Shown here: positions 20,669 through 34,158 of the stretch, one piece after another
How the letters are laid out: each line of letters opens with the position of its first letter
Position numbering within the stretch: position 1 is the first letter of the stretch
Source of the DNA: Minisyncoccota bacterium
Lineage (GTDB): Bacteria > Patescibacteriota > Minisyncoccia > Moranbacterales > UBA1568
Direction: 5' to 3'
Length of the DNA: 64,000 nt
NCBI GenBank assembly: GCA_051306005.1
Contig: JBPPMJ010000003.1
Coordinates: 33,764-97,763, forward strand
Position numbers and translations under genes: made by a program
Notes under the pieces: generated by a model
The model's database searches: none
Told to the model about the DNA's origin: nothing
Seen by the model: the letters and a program-made list of their open reading frames with translations, nothing else

Positions 20669-22363
20669 ATGACTCAGACGAGTGCATCTTTTTTGAAAAA
20701 AATCAGAGAAAATTGGCGTTCTGGTTTGACAGTAGCTTTTATTTCTGTGCCTTTGTCTATCGCTTTGTCTATCGCTTCTGGCGCCGGTCCGCTTCCTGGT
20801 ATCATCACTGGTATTTGGGCTACGTTGATTGCGAGTGTGTTTGGAGGGAGTCATTATAATGTTATCGGAGCAGCTGGGGCCCTGACAACCATTTTATTTA
20901 CGGCAACACTAGATGCTCCTTTTCAGTTGGGCGCCTTGATTCTCCCTCTTATCGCCATAGTGACCGGAGTGATTATTTTAATCATTTGGCTTGTCGGAGC
21001 AGACCGATTTTTGTACTACATCCCTTCTAGTGTGATGTATGGTTTTGCGACCGGTGTCGCCATTCTTATCGCGTCTTCCCAATTGTTTGATGCAACCGGA
21101 TTGTCTGCTCTCAAGCGCACAGGAACGTTTCTGGGAGATATTCAATTATTTTTACAACACACCGCTGAAGTTGATATGTTGACAGTACTCACATTTACTG
21201 TTTTCTTGGTCGCCATTCTTTTATGGAAACATTTTATCAAGATTGTGCCTGCAGTGATCCCTATTGCGATAGTGGGTATCATATTCGGTTTTTTGGAAAC
21301 CACTTTTCTACCATCTTTAGATTTCATATCTTTGCGTGATAAATTTGGCGATATTGAAGGCGTACTGTTTCTACCCGTTGCTTGGGGAACATTTGCCCAA
21401 TTATTGGTCTCATATGATGCCTGGCAATTTATTATCAAGGTATCGGGTGTCGTAGCGATGATTGCTGTTCTGGAAACACTCATCACGGCGAAGATAGGTG
21501 ACAAAATCACCAAGACACAGTCATCAAGTCAGCGTGAGCTTTTGGGTCTAGCCTTAGCTAATTTAGGGAGTGGTATCATGGGCGGACTCCCCGCGACAGG
21601 AGTATTTATTCGGACTGGTGCCAATATCAAAGCAGGAGCGACACATCGCTTTTCAGCAACTCTTGCTGCCATCATTACTGCTATCATCGCATTTGCAGTA
21701 TTGCCGTTTTTCGCTTTCTTGCCACTAGTGGTCGTGGCGGCGATTTTGGTGAACACTGCCTTAGGTTTGATTGAGATGGAAAAAATCCGTGAATTTTGGC
21801 ATCGAGAAAAACCAAGTTTTTTTGTTGCGATGCTTGTTGTCGTTATTACCGTATTCGAGGATGCGGGATTAGGTGTTTTGGTAGGCGCTTTAGTATCACT
21901 TTTTCTGTTCGTGGATCGAGTGAGTCATGGACGTTTTGACATTATTTTGAATTTTGAAGACGGCACCAAAAAAGAAAGTCGGGCTGCTAGGATTTTGCGT
22001 CTTCCACACGACCAGGTCATGCCTATCGTAACATACAGTATTGCAGGTTTTTTGGGTTATATCGATAGCGAACACCATTCAGCCAATCTGCGTCATTTGG
22101 CACGTGCCAATAACGTGCAGAGCGTCATCATTCGTTTGCGTGATTTATTCAATTTGGATTTTGAGGGAAGTGAGATGCTGGCTGAGGCCGTAGAAGAGTT
22201 TCATCGCCACAAAAAACAAGTGTATGTTTCTTCGGCTAATGCGATAGTGACAGAACAATTGCGTCAAATTCCATCTTTTGCTGATTTGGTAAAAGAGGAT
22301 CATTTTTGTTCAAAAACAAGTGACGCTTTGCATCGTTTACATTATGTCAAAAAAGAAGTGTAA
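20669..22363 (+). CDS. SulP-family anion transporter with C-terminal STAS domain
   Basis: TASFLKKIRENWRSGLTVAFISVPLSIALSIASGAGP N-terminal signature; many TM helices; STAS-like C-terminus. Confidence 0.85.
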   Translation: MTQTSASFLKKIRENWRSGLTVAFISVPLSIALSIASGAGPLPGIITGIWATLIASVFGGSHYNVIGAAGALTTILFTATLDAPFQLGALILPLIAIVTGVIILIIWLVGADRFLYYIPSSVMYGFATGVAILIASSQLFDATGLSALKRTGTFLGDIQLFLQHTAEVDMLTVLTFTVFLVAILLWKHFIKIVPAVIPIAIVGIIFGFLETTFLPSLDFISLRDKFGDIEGVLFLPVAWGTFAQLLVSYDAWQFIIKVSGVVAMIAVLETLITAKIGDKITKTQSSSQRELLGLALANLGSGIMGGLPATGVFIRTGANIKAGATHRFSATLAAIITAIIAFAVLPFFAFLPLVVVAAILVNTALGLIEMEKIREFWHREKPSFFVAMLVVVITVFEDAGLGVLVGALVSLFLFVDRVSHGRFDIILNFEDGTKKESRAARILRLPHDQVMPIVTYSIAGFLGYIDSEHHSANLRHLARANNVQSVIIRLRDLFNLDFEGSEMLAEAVEEFHRHKKQVYVSSANAIVTEQLRQIPSFADLVKEDHFCSKTSDALHRLHYVKKEV

Positions 22364-22534
22364 ATGAACAGAAAGTGATACGGAAAAAATGAGTCCCGCA
22401 AAAGTAGTGGAAGCCAATTTTTTGATGTTGGTGAGAACGGACTTTATGAAGTATATTTTTCTGCTCTGATAAAGGAAAAAATATGATTTTTTGTCAATAG
22501 AAAAGATGCCTGTCTCGCAGTGATTGTTGAGGGG

Positions 22535-22563
22535 TTGACAAGTTTCCTGTGATTCTCTATTAT
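22535..22563 (+). promoter_or_regulatory. sigma70-like promoter upstream of the 23S rRNA (TTGACA-17-TATTAT)
   Basis: Consensus -35 TTGACA at 22535-22540 and -10 TATTAT at 22558-22563, about 430 nt upstream of the mature 23S start. Confidence 0.55.
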
Positions 22564-22772
22564 AGATAGTACGAGCTAAAAGTGTTTCGATGTAGTCTTG
22601 ACAGAGAAAAAAGAACCATCCTGATATTCTCAAGCGAGAAAACAATCGAATAAATTATAAGCCGTTTCTGACTCGTTATTGTTGCATGAATATTCTCGTT
22701 ACAGTGTAATAGTTAGCGTATTGTGAAGAGATAGTAGTCTCTCCCAGGGGGAGATTTTTGTTTCCGCAGAAG

Positions 22773-22790
22773 CGCCTTAACAATTTATGT
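22773..22790 (+). promoter_or_regulatory. rRNA leader boxA antitermination element, with a boxB-like hairpin just upstream
   Basis: GCGCCTTAACAATTTATGT compared with the E. coli rrn boxA GCTCTTTAACAATTTATCA; preceded by the hairpin TCTCCC-AGG-GGGAGA. Confidence 0.6.
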
Positions 22791-22989
22791 CTTTTTCGAA
22801 ATGACCAATGATTGTCTGGAGCGGAAAACAATCCGATTGTTTCGAAATAGTCTAAAATGTATGTAATGGTCAAGCAAATTCAATAGTGAATAGGCTTTTT
22901 GAGCACTGTTCACTGTTAACCGATTGTCCGTGAGTATCTTCATTTTTTTATCGCAAGATAGGAAAATGGAATATTTGCGGACAAGAGAA

Positions 22990-25985
<2,996 letters not shown>

Positions 25986-26067
25986 TTTCTCGTGCGGTTA
26001 ACAGTGAAGAGTGTTTGAAACAGCATACAAGATGAGGGGACAAAAAAAGACATCATTTCAAGACAGC

Positions 26068-26181
26068 ATTCTCGGTGCTTCTAGCGTCAGGGAAACACCT
26101 GTTCCCATACCGAACACAGCAGTTAAGCCTGACAGCTCCGATGGTAGCCTTTGGTGGCAAGAGTAGGACAGTGCCGAGAAT
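26068..26181 (+). rRNA. rrf: 5S ribosomal RNA
   Basis: CCCATACCGAACACAGCAGTTAAGC...GATGGTAG...AGAGTAGGACA; terminal helix ATTCTCGG/CCGAGAAT. Confidence 0.85.
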
Positions 26182-26357
26182 ATTGTTTTGAAACGAAAAA
26201 GAAGAAAAAAGAAACCCTTGTTTTTTGGGTGTTCAAACAGGAAGAACGGAGAAAAAATAGGTTACTAACATTGAGTGAGTGATCGTCTTATTGTCGCATT
26301 GTATGCTATACTGATAAAGAGCATTGAATATTCTTGTCTATGGTAGTATCTAGAACG

Positions 26358-27188
26358 ATGAAGCGATCCGTCATCATATTGACCTACGGAATATTTTTTT
26401 CTTTGCTGATAGGGAGTGTATATTTTTTCTTTTTCAAGCCGACAGAAACCTGTTTTGATGCTATTAAAAATCAAAATGAACAGGGAATAGATTGTGGTGG
26501 TGTGTGTCAGGCGATATGTCGAGAAACATTGATAGGCACTGAAATGCAAGTGACGGAATTGGCTTTCGTGCCTGCTGGTGAAGGACAATATGATGTTTTG
26601 AGCCAGGTGTATAATCCGAATGATGAATTGGGTGCTTCGTCTTTCATGTATACGTTGGCACTCAAAGATGCTTCAGGTGCTGTTGTGGGGACTCGTTCTG
26701 GAACGAGTTATATCTTGCCACAGGAAAAAAAATATATCTTGGAAATCAATATGTCGACGTCTGGCACACCAGTATCCGCATCCCTACAGGTCACGGAAGT
26801 AGAGTGGACCCGTTTTTCTGGGTATCAGGAAAAGCCGGTATTGAATATCTACCAGAAACGTTATGGCCCCATTGCTTCTGGTTCAGGTTTTGGTGAAGCA
26901 TATGGATTGTTGTCCAACGAGAGTGTGTATGATTTCCGTTCTATTCGGGTTAAAGTGATTTTGCGTGAGAGTACTGGGAAGCCATTGGCTTTCAATACGA
27001 CTGAGATGCGTACTGTCAATGCTCACGAACAACGTGATTTTCGTTTGGTATGGCCAACGGCATTTCCTGGTACGGTAGAAAAGGTGGAGATGGAAGTGGA
27101 CGCTGATGTGTATCATTCTGATAATTTTGTGCGCCAATATCTACCGACAGGGAAGTATCAGGAATTATCTCCCCTAAAAGCATACTGA
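26358..27188 (+). CDS. hypothetical membrane-anchored protein
   Basis: Single N-terminal TM segment, then a soluble domain with CGGVCQAIC; no family recognised. Confidence 0.45.
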   Translation: MKRSVIILTYGIFFSLLIGSVYFFFFKPTETCFDAIKNQNEQGIDCGGVCQAICRETLIGTEMQVTELAFVPAGEGQYDVLSQVYNPNDELGASSFMYTLALKDASGAVVGTRSGTSYILPQEKKYILEINMSTSGTPVSASLQVTEVEWTRFSGYQEKPVLNIYQKRYGPIASGSGFGEAYGLLSNESVYDFRSIRVKVILRESTGKPLAFNTTEMRTVNAHEQRDFRLVWPTAFPGTVEKVEMEVDADVYHSDNFVRQYLPTGKYQELSPLKAY

Positions 27189-27249
27189 GCGGGGGATATA
27201 TTTAGACTTGCGCGGAGTTCATAGTATCTATTGAGAGTGTTTGTAGAAT

Positions 27250-28377
27250 ATGTCACGTACATTGTTCAAAGTGGATTGGGTGTTATTGGCAATTGTCATC
27301 TTACTTCTTGGTGTAGGCCTTTTAGCACTATATAGTTTGTCATCCAGCGGTGGGATTAATTATTTTCTGCGCCAAGCATTTTTTGCGTTACTCGGGCTAT
27401 CGGCCATGGGCTTTCTTTTTTTTACCGATTATCGACATATTGAAAAATATAGCACGTCCCTGTATTTCATAACATTGTTTGTGTTGGCTGGCGTTTTGGT
27501 TTTTGGCACGAGTATTCGTGGAACCGCTGGCTGGATTACCTTGGGAGGAGTGCAGATTCAGCCGGTTGAATTTGCCAAAATTACACTGATTATTTTCTTG
27601 GCGAGTTTTATATCCAAGAAAAAATCTGAATTGGGAGAATGGACACGCGTCATCGTATCACTTATCTTGTCTGCTGTTCTTATTATTCTTGTGTTGAAAC
27701 AACCTGATCTGGGATCAAGCTTGGTACTTATGGCCATTTGGGGCGGTATGATTCTCGCATCAGGCTTGCGTCTAAAACATTTGCTTGTCTTGGCGGTATT
27801 AGGTTTAGTGTTGGTGGTGGGAAGTTGGTTTACGTTGGCAGAGTATCAAAAAGATCGTATTACCACCTTTATCTATCCAGAACGTGATCCTCAAGGGAGT
27901 GGATACAATGTATTGCAGGCGATTATTGCAGTGGGTTCAGGAGGTCTGTCTGGTAAGGGAATTGGTCATGGATCACAATCTCAGTTGAGTTTTTTACCGG
28001 AAAAACACACAGATTTTATCTTTGCCGTTATTGGTGAAGAGTTGGGTCTGATCGGCGCTTTTTTGGTTCTGACGTTATATTTGACACTTTTTTATCGTAT
28101 CAAACGTATTGGAGAATTGGCGAGTGATAATTTTGGTTATTTGTTGGCGGTCGGAACATTGATTATGTTGCTTGTGCAAGTCACCATCAATATTGGCATG
28201 AACATTGGGCTTTTACCAGTAACTGGAATTCCAGCACCATTACTGTCATATGGCGGGAGCTCTCTTCTCGCTACCTGTATCGCCTGTGGGCTCCTTTTAA
28301 GCGTCTCTCAAAGACAGCGACGTCCAGATGAGATCCAACTTTCTCTGGAAAAAAGTTTTCTTGAAGAAGGGCGTTGA
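27250..28377 (+). CDS. ftsW: SEDS-family peptidoglycan glycosyltransferase (FtsW/RodA)
   Basis: 375 aa polytopic protein; conserved FIFAVIGEELGLIGA and PVTGIPAPLLSYGGSS motifs. Confidence 0.85.
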   Translation: MSRTLFKVDWVLLAIVILLLGVGLLALYSLSSSGGINYFLRQAFFALLGLSAMGFLFFTDYRHIEKYSTSLYFITLFVLAGVLVFGTSIRGTAGWITLGGVQIQPVEFAKITLIIFLASFISKKKSELGEWTRVIVSLILSAVLIILVLKQPDLGSSLVLMAIWGGMILASGLRLKHLLVLAVLGLVLVVGSWFTLAEYQKDRITTFIYPERDPQGSGYNVLQAIIAVGSGGLSGKGIGHGSQSQLSFLPEKHTDFIFAVIGEELGLIGAFLVLTLYLTLFYRIKRIGELASDNFGYLLAVGTLIMLLVQVTINIGMNIGLLPVTGIPAPLLSYGGSSLLATCIACGLLLSVSQRQRRPDEIQLSLEKSFLEEGR

Positions 28378-28390
28378 ATAGCAGAGATAT

Positions 28391-28419
28391 TTGAAAAAAA
28401 ATTATATTTATGGTATAAT
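28391..28419 (+). promoter_or_regulatory. strong sigma70-like promoter with an extended -10 (TTGAAA-17-TGGTATAAT)
   Basis: -35 TTGAAA at 28391-28396; TG-n-TATAAT at 28411-28419; upstream of secG. Confidence 0.5.
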
Positions 28420-28564
28420 ATCATTTCTTACTTGACCAAAAGGCATTTTTTTGTTAGTCTGATAGAGTTGTAGCAGGTAGATTATGAGAATATTTTTTTG
28501 ATTGCTTCCGCATGATACTCTTGTTTTTGAAGAATATCATCCGTACGAAATCCTTGACACAGAT

Positions 28565-28789
28565 ATGCGTTTTTTGTTTATTGCCCAGGCGATTGTCGGT
28601 ATATTGTTGATTCTTTCTATTCTTTTACAGAATCGTGGAACCGGATTGGGTGGAACCTTCGGGGGAGATATGGGCGGATACTACACCAAGCGCGGTATGG
28701 AAAAATTTTTTGTGAGTTCAGCTATTATACTTGCTCTCACCTTTTTCATCCTTGCGATACTCAATGTCCGTTTTTTTATTCCTCAATAA
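28565..28789 (+). CDS. secG: preprotein translocase subunit SecG
   Basis: AQAIVGILLILSILLQNRGTGLGGTFGG is typical of SecG; two TM helices; the ORF-track start at 28502 is an upstream extension. Confidence 0.75.
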   Translation: MRFLFIAQAIVGILLILSILLQNRGTGLGGTFGGDMGGYYTKRGMEKFFVSSAIILALTFFILAILNVRFFIPQ

Positions 28790-28869
28790 TGAAAAGTTTG
28801 TTAGTTGGAAAAACAGGGCATGAAGGCACTTATAATTCGTAAAGTACGCGTATTCGTATCTTAGAACCT

Positions 28870-30555
28870 ATGCATACTCCGAAACCGCGCCTGAGACGAC
28901 TTTTTCAGGCCTTGAGGACACGAGACAAAATATTAGTATTGTTTTTTCTCGTGCTCGGTATCGGATCGCTGGTGTTTTGGATGGGTGCGTTGTATGTCAC
29001 TTCGACCGTTTCAGTGCCAAAAGCAGGAGGTGAATATATTGAAGGAATTGTGGCGCAACCTCGATACATCAACCCAATTCTCTCACAAACGAGTGGTGCG
29101 GACGCTGATTTGTCTCGTCTTATATATAGTAGTTTGTTTGCATACGATACACATGGTGCGCTCTTGCCGAGTATCGCTCAGGAGTATACGACGACTGATG
29201 AAGGAAAATTATATACCGTGACTCTGCGTCAAGGTATTAAATGGCACGATGGACAAGAATTGACTGCTGATGATGTCGTATATACCATCAAAGCGATTCA
29301 GGATCCGGTGTACCGCAGTCCGCTACGAACTAGCTGGCTTTCTGTGGATGTGGCCTCTTTGGATCGCTACACGGTGACGTTTTCTCTCAAAAAATCTTAT
29401 GTCAGATTTTTGGACAATTTAACCGTTGGAATTCTTCCAAAACATATTTGGGAGAATATCAGTCCGGAAAATTTTCTTTTAGCGGATTACAATTTGACTC
29501 CCATCGGCAGTGGACCTTATTATTTTTTTGATTCTGAGAAGGATTCCAATGGTAATATGTTGTCGTACAAATTGCGTTCCTTTGAACAGTATTTCGAGGG
29601 AGCGCCTTACATCACCCGTGTAACGTTTCATTTTTATCCCGATGAACCGGCACTGATAGATGCCTACGAACGCAAAGAGATTATGGGTATGGGTTCAGTC
29701 AGTGCGGGAAGTTTGCAGAATCTTGAATTTCGTAAAAGTACGCATATATATGAAATCGCCATCCCGCGTCTTTTCGGAGTTTTTTTTAACGTGACCAAGA
29801 GTGTGGCCTTGGCTGATGATACTGTACGTGAGGCCTTGAATGATGCCACGGACCGAGAGCGCATTGTTCATGAAATATTGTTTGACAGAGGTCAGCCGGC
29901 GTACAGTTCTTCTCTGCCTTTCATGCAGGGATATGATGCCAATGATCCGAAACGTTCTTTTAATCTTGATCGTGCCAATACGCTTTTGGATGACAAAGAC
30001 TGGAAACGTGGTGATGATGGTGTGCGTTTTAAAAATGGCACGGCATTGGAAGTAGAGATTATGGTGCCAGATTGGCCTGAACTGCTCAAAACAGCAGAAG
30101 CTCTGAAGATACAATGGGAACAGATCGGAGCACGTGTGACAGTACAATCTCTATCGGCTTCTGAGTTGCAACGTGACGTGATTCGTCCGCGCGAATACTC
30201 AGCATTGCTTTTTGGAGAAGCGGCGATGTTGTATCCGGATCCCTATTCTTTTTGGCATTCCAGTCAGAAAAATGATCCAGGATTAAATCTTGCGCTTTTT
30301 GACAACAAAGAGGCGGATGATATACTGATGACATTGCGTGAAGAATTGAATGCTGAACAATGGCAAAAACAATACCAGAAATTTCAGGATATTTTATATA
30401 AAGAAAATCCAGCCGTGTTTTTGTATAGCCCTTCGTATCTCTATGTGATGAATAATAGTGTTAAAGGTGTAGATGTTCAGAGCATCAATGCACCGAGTTT
30501 TCGTCTGAGTCATATCAAAGATTGGTATATCAACACAAAAAGAGTAAAAAAATAA
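28870..30555 (+). CDS. ABC-transporter substrate-binding protein, family 5 (peptide/Opp-like)
   Basis: N-terminal TM/signal anchor; SBP_bac_5 signature GIKWHDGQELTADDVVYTIKAIQDP. Confidence 0.8.
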   Translation: MHTPKPRLRRLFQALRTRDKILVLFFLVLGIGSLVFWMGALYVTSTVSVPKAGGEYIEGIVAQPRYINPILSQTSGADADLSRLIYSSLFAYDTHGALLPSIAQEYTTTDEGKLYTVTLRQGIKWHDGQELTADDVVYTIKAIQDPVYRSPLRTSWLSVDVASLDRYTVTFSLKKSYVRFLDNLTVGILPKHIWENISPENFLLADYNLTPIGSGPYYFFDSEKDSNGNMLSYKLRSFEQYFEGAPYITRVTFHFYPDEPALIDAYERKEIMGMGSVSAGSLQNLEFRKSTHIYEIAIPRLFGVFFNVTKSVALADDTVREALNDATDRERIVHEILFDRGQPAYSSSLPFMQGYDANDPKRSFNLDRANTLLDDKDWKRGDDGVRFKNGTALEVEIMVPDWPELLKTAEALKIQWEQIGARVTVQSLSASELQRDVIRPREYSALLFGEAAMLYPDPYSFWHSSQKNDPGLNLALFDNKEADDILMTLREELNAEQWQKQYQKFQDILYKENPAVFLYSPSYLYVMNNSVKGVDVQSINAPSFRLSHIKDWYINTKRVKK

Positions 30556-30579
30556 CACCATAAGCAATTTTTCATAGTT

Positions 30580-31605
30580 ATGTCCCACCCTCTTGATCCT
30601 TCTGATTTTCACCAGATGCTTGTTGACAGCCCAGATCAACTCGGTGTTGGCCTCGCGCTTGCCAAAGATATTCGTGTTTCCGGCACTTTTACGTCCGTTA
30701 TGATTTCTGGTATGGGAGGATCGGCATTGCCGGGAAACATTTTGCGGATATATCTGAATGATCTCTTTCGTACCGAAGCGCCAACACAGCAACCACTCGC
30801 TATTTATCAGAATCGTTTTTATACTTTACCACCAGAAGGATATCATGAGTGTTTGAATTTTATCTGCTCATATTCTGGCAATACCGAAGAAACCGTTGCC
30901 AGTTTTACGGAAGCCCTGGCACATGGTTTGCCCTGCATTGGTATTTCGAGCGGAGGAAAAATTGAAGAAATGTGCCAAACCAACAATGTACCACATATCA
31001 AATTGCCACTCCCGTATCCTGATTTTCAGCCTCGAGTAGGCACGGGCTATTTTTTTGGGGCATTGTTTCAAGTGTTGGTTAATCAGGGATTGGTACCAAA
31101 TACAACAGCGCAACTTTTGGTAGAAGCGGAACAGTTAAAAAGTCAATTATCTATTATCGAAGAGCAAGGGAAAGCACTTTCACAGAAATTGGTTGGCAAG
31201 ACACCAGTCATCTATGCCACACCAAAATATAAGTCCGTCGCCATGGTATGGAAAATCAAACTCAATGAGAACGCTAAAACGCCAGCTTTTTGGAATTTTT
31301 TTCCGGAACTGAATCACAATGAAATGGTTGGTTTTACCCTGCCTCAAGCCAAATTTATCGTTCTGATGTTGCGAGATCGTGATGATGATCCGCGTAATCT
31401 GCGTCGTTTCGCTATGACGGCTGAACTGTTGCGCACACAAGGAGTAGAAGTAGAGATACTTGACATGGATGGAGAAAGCGTATATACTAAAGTATTCATG
31501 AGTATTTTGCTCAGCGATTTTACTTCGTATCATCTAGCGTTGGAATACGGTCAAGACCCGACCCCAGTCGCCTTAGTGGAAGCATTGAAGAAATTACTTG
31601 CTTGA
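30580..31605 (+). CDS. bifunctional phosphoglucose/phosphomannose isomerase (SIS-domain PGI/PMI)
   Basis: MISGMGGSALPGNILR and SYSGNTEET motifs; 341 aa. Confidence 0.8.
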   Translation: MSHPLDPSDFHQMLVDSPDQLGVGLALAKDIRVSGTFTSVMISGMGGSALPGNILRIYLNDLFRTEAPTQQPLAIYQNRFYTLPPEGYHECLNFICSYSGNTEETVASFTEALAHGLPCIGISSGGKIEEMCQTNNVPHIKLPLPYPDFQPRVGTGYFFGALFQVLVNQGLVPNTTAQLLVEAEQLKSQLSIIEEQGKALSQKLVGKTPVIYATPKYKSVAMVWKIKLNENAKTPAFWNFFPELNHNEMVGFTLPQAKFIVLMLRDRDDDPRNLRRFAMTAELLRTQGVEVEILDMDGESVYTKVFMSILLSDFTSYHLALEYGQDPTPVALVEALKKLLA

Positions 31606-31658
31606 TTACTATACGGTATATGGACATGGAGTACGTCTTTTGAGTACGATATCATGGA

Positions 31659-31742
31659 GCCGAGATGGCGGAATTGGTAGACGCACTAGCTTCAGGTGCT
31701 AGCGTTCGCAAGAACATGAGGGTTCGAGTCCCTCTTTCGGCA
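31659..31742 (+). tRNA. tRNA-Leu (anticodon CAG), type II; CCA not encoded
   Basis: GCCGAGA-TG-GCG-GAATTGGTAGA-CGC-ACTAGC-TTCAGGT-GCTAG-(long variable arm)-GAGGG-TTCGAGT-CCCTC-TTTCGGC-A. Confidence 0.85.
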
Positions 31743-31816
31743 CAACGTAAAATAATGTTCACTCATCATCTTGATTGGTGGAGATTCATCTTTCGTCGGG
31801 AAAGTAAACGGAGAAT

Positions 31817-33964
31817 ATGAACTTCTCGCGGTACTCTCCAATAAATAATTTGTGTACGGAACGGTTTGTTCGGATGATTTTTGATAAATCAACCAAACGA
31901 CGCATCCGTCCAGTAAGCAGAAAAAATATGCAAACGAATCATTCGTTTCAACCGAAGCAGGGACGACCAACCCATGCTTCAGTTTCAGGAGACCGGAGCG
32001 TCTCCACACCAAAAGGTCAAACACATACAGTTGGCGCATTTGAAGGCATCGTGGCTCGTGAACAAGCTCCCAGAGTTTTTCATGCCCGCCCGCAGTCTCG
32101 CGTCAATCCCCAAAGTGCTACCGAATCAGTAGCTCAACCCCTGCGTAATGAGGCGATGAAAAGCACCCCTCAACGTCCAGCAAAAAAATCGGGTGGGAAA
32201 AAAAGTGGACGCCGAGACAATCGACGCTTTCCACAAACGACAACCCATCGTTTGGAATCAAAGCACAATGGTATCAGTGTCCCGCAAATCGGGGAGAAAC
32301 GTTTGCGCATCATTCCTCTTGGCGGACAGGAAGAAGTCGGCCGTAATATGACTGTCTTTGAATACGGGAATGATATCGTGATCATTGATATCGGATTACA
32401 ATTTCCCGAAGAAGATATGCCGGGTATTGATTATATTGTACCCAACGTCGATTATCTCAAGGGTAAGGAGAAAAATATTCGTGGGGTGATTTTTACTCAT
32501 GGACATTTGGATCACATCGGTGCGGCGCCTATTCTTTTGAAACAGCTTGGTTATCCACCAGTCATTGCCCGAGACCTCACATTGGCACTTATCAAACATA
32601 AAGTGGAAGATCAGGATAAAGGAGCAGTCAGTCAGTTGAAAATGGTGCGTGTCAAAACGTTGGATGACCGCATTCGTCTGGGTGTTTTTGAGTCACGTTT
32701 TTTCGAAGTAGAACACTCTATCATGGACGCTATCGGGATTATTCTTATCAGTCCTGTCGCGACCGTCATCCATATGGGGGATTGGACGATTTCCAACGAA
32801 CCACTGGAGGAGAAAGAAATTTCCTATAAACATCTTGCTGATCTGCCACGCCCAACTATCCTGATGTTGGAGAGTTTAGGAGCTCTCAAAAAAGGCAAAC
32901 CGCCGTCCGAACAAGAAGTACATCAAAATCTCAAGGATCTCATTCGGATGGTGCCGGGACGTTTGATTATCGGAACCTTTGCGTCACAGATTCGTCGCAT
33001 CAGTTATCTTATTGAATATGCTGAACAGCTGGGCAAGAAAGTGGCGCTTGAAGGTTACAGTATGAAGATGAATATTGAGGTTGCCAAACAGCTTGGATAT
33101 ATCAAGGTCAAAAATGACACATTGATTACCGTCAATGATATTCATAAATATCCTGACAATAAAGTCGTCGTCATTTGTACGGGCGCGCAAGGTGAGCTCA
33201 ATGCCGCACTTTCCCGTATCGTGACGGACAACCATCGTTTCATCAAATTGCAAAAAAATGACACCATCGTTTTTTCTTCTTCAGTTATCCCAGGCAATGA
33301 GCGGACCATTCAACGTCTCAAGGACAATCTGTATCGTAAGTGCGACAATATCATTCACAGTGATATTATGGAAATTCATATCGGCGGACATTCGACGGCA
33401 CAAGGAATGGAAGAAATGATTCGTCAGGTCCAACCAAATTACTTCTTGCCCGTGTATGCCAATCACTATTTCCTCAAAGAGGCTGCCAAAATCGCCTACC
33501 GTATGGGATTTCCCCAACAAAACGTTTTTGTTTTGGATAATGGTAGTGTGTGGGAAATCGATGAACAGGGTACCCCCCGAGTGCTCAAAGAAAAAGCTGA
33601 TACCAGCTATATTTTTATCGACGGACTCGGTATCGGAGACATTGGACACGTCGTGCTTCGCGATAGACAGATGCTCGCACAAGACGGTATGGTCGTAGTA
33701 ACTGTCATTGTTGACGCCAAGACCAAGAGTATCATTGGTAATGTCCAGATTACTTCGCGCGGTTTTATTCATGTCAAAGAAAACTTTGATTTGTTGAATG
33801 AAATGAAACGCAAGGCGGAAAAAGTAGTTAAAGACAATACGTCCAAAAGCACATCCATTGATTGGGATCTGATCCGCAATCAGATGCGTGACAATATTGG
33901 ACAATTCCTTTTTACCAAAACGGAACGTCGTCCGATGATACTTCCAGTGGTTATAGAAGTGTAA
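31817..33964 (+). CDS. rnj: ribonuclease J (metallo-beta-lactamase / beta-CASP) with a roughly 160-aa basic N-terminal extension
   Basis: LRIIPLGGQEEVGRNMTVFEYGNDIVIIDIGLQFPEED and HGHLDHIGAAP motifs; the start is uncertain and internal Mets exist (for example 31928). Confidence 0.85.
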   Translation: MNFSRYSPINNLCTERFVRMIFDKSTKRRIRPVSRKNMQTNHSFQPKQGRPTHASVSGDRSVSTPKGQTHTVGAFEGIVAREQAPRVFHARPQSRVNPQSATESVAQPLRNEAMKSTPQRPAKKSGGKKSGRRDNRRFPQTTTHRLESKHNGISVPQIGEKRLRIIPLGGQEEVGRNMTVFEYGNDIVIIDIGLQFPEEDMPGIDYIVPNVDYLKGKEKNIRGVIFTHGHLDHIGAAPILLKQLGYPPVIARDLTLALIKHKVEDQDKGAVSQLKMVRVKTLDDRIRLGVFESRFFEVEHSIMDAIGIILISPVATVIHMGDWTISNEPLEEKEISYKHLADLPRPTILMLESLGALKKGKPPSEQEVHQNLKDLIRMVPGRLIIGTFASQIRRISYLIEYAEQLGKKVALEGYSMKMNIEVAKQLGYIKVKNDTLITVNDIHKYPDNKVVVICTGAQGELNAALSRIVTDNHRFIKLQKNDTIVFSSSVIPGNERTIQRLKDNLYRKCDNIIHSDIMEIHIGGHSTAQGMEEMIRQVQPNYFLPVYANHYFLKEAAKIAYRMGFPQQNVFVLDNGSVWEIDEQGTPRVLKEKADTSYIFIDGLGIGDIGHVVLRDRQMLAQDGMVVVTVIVDAKTKSIIGNVQITSRGFIHVKENFDLLNEMKRKAEKVVKDNTSKSTSIDWDLIRNQMRDNIGQFLFTKTERRPMILPVVIEV

Positions 33965-34158
33965 TTTGTGTACTTTAAAAAAACTCTCCTTGGATGGGGG
34001 AGTTTTTTTGTTCTCGTTATTGTTCAACAGCCAAAAGTATTTTTTGGCTACCGTACTGAGATGTCAGGTATCGTACCTGAGAAAGAACTCAACCTTACAG
34101 ACAGGAAATTTAATTTTTATGGTACAATATCCGTATTAACTGCTAGCGTGTTTTATTT

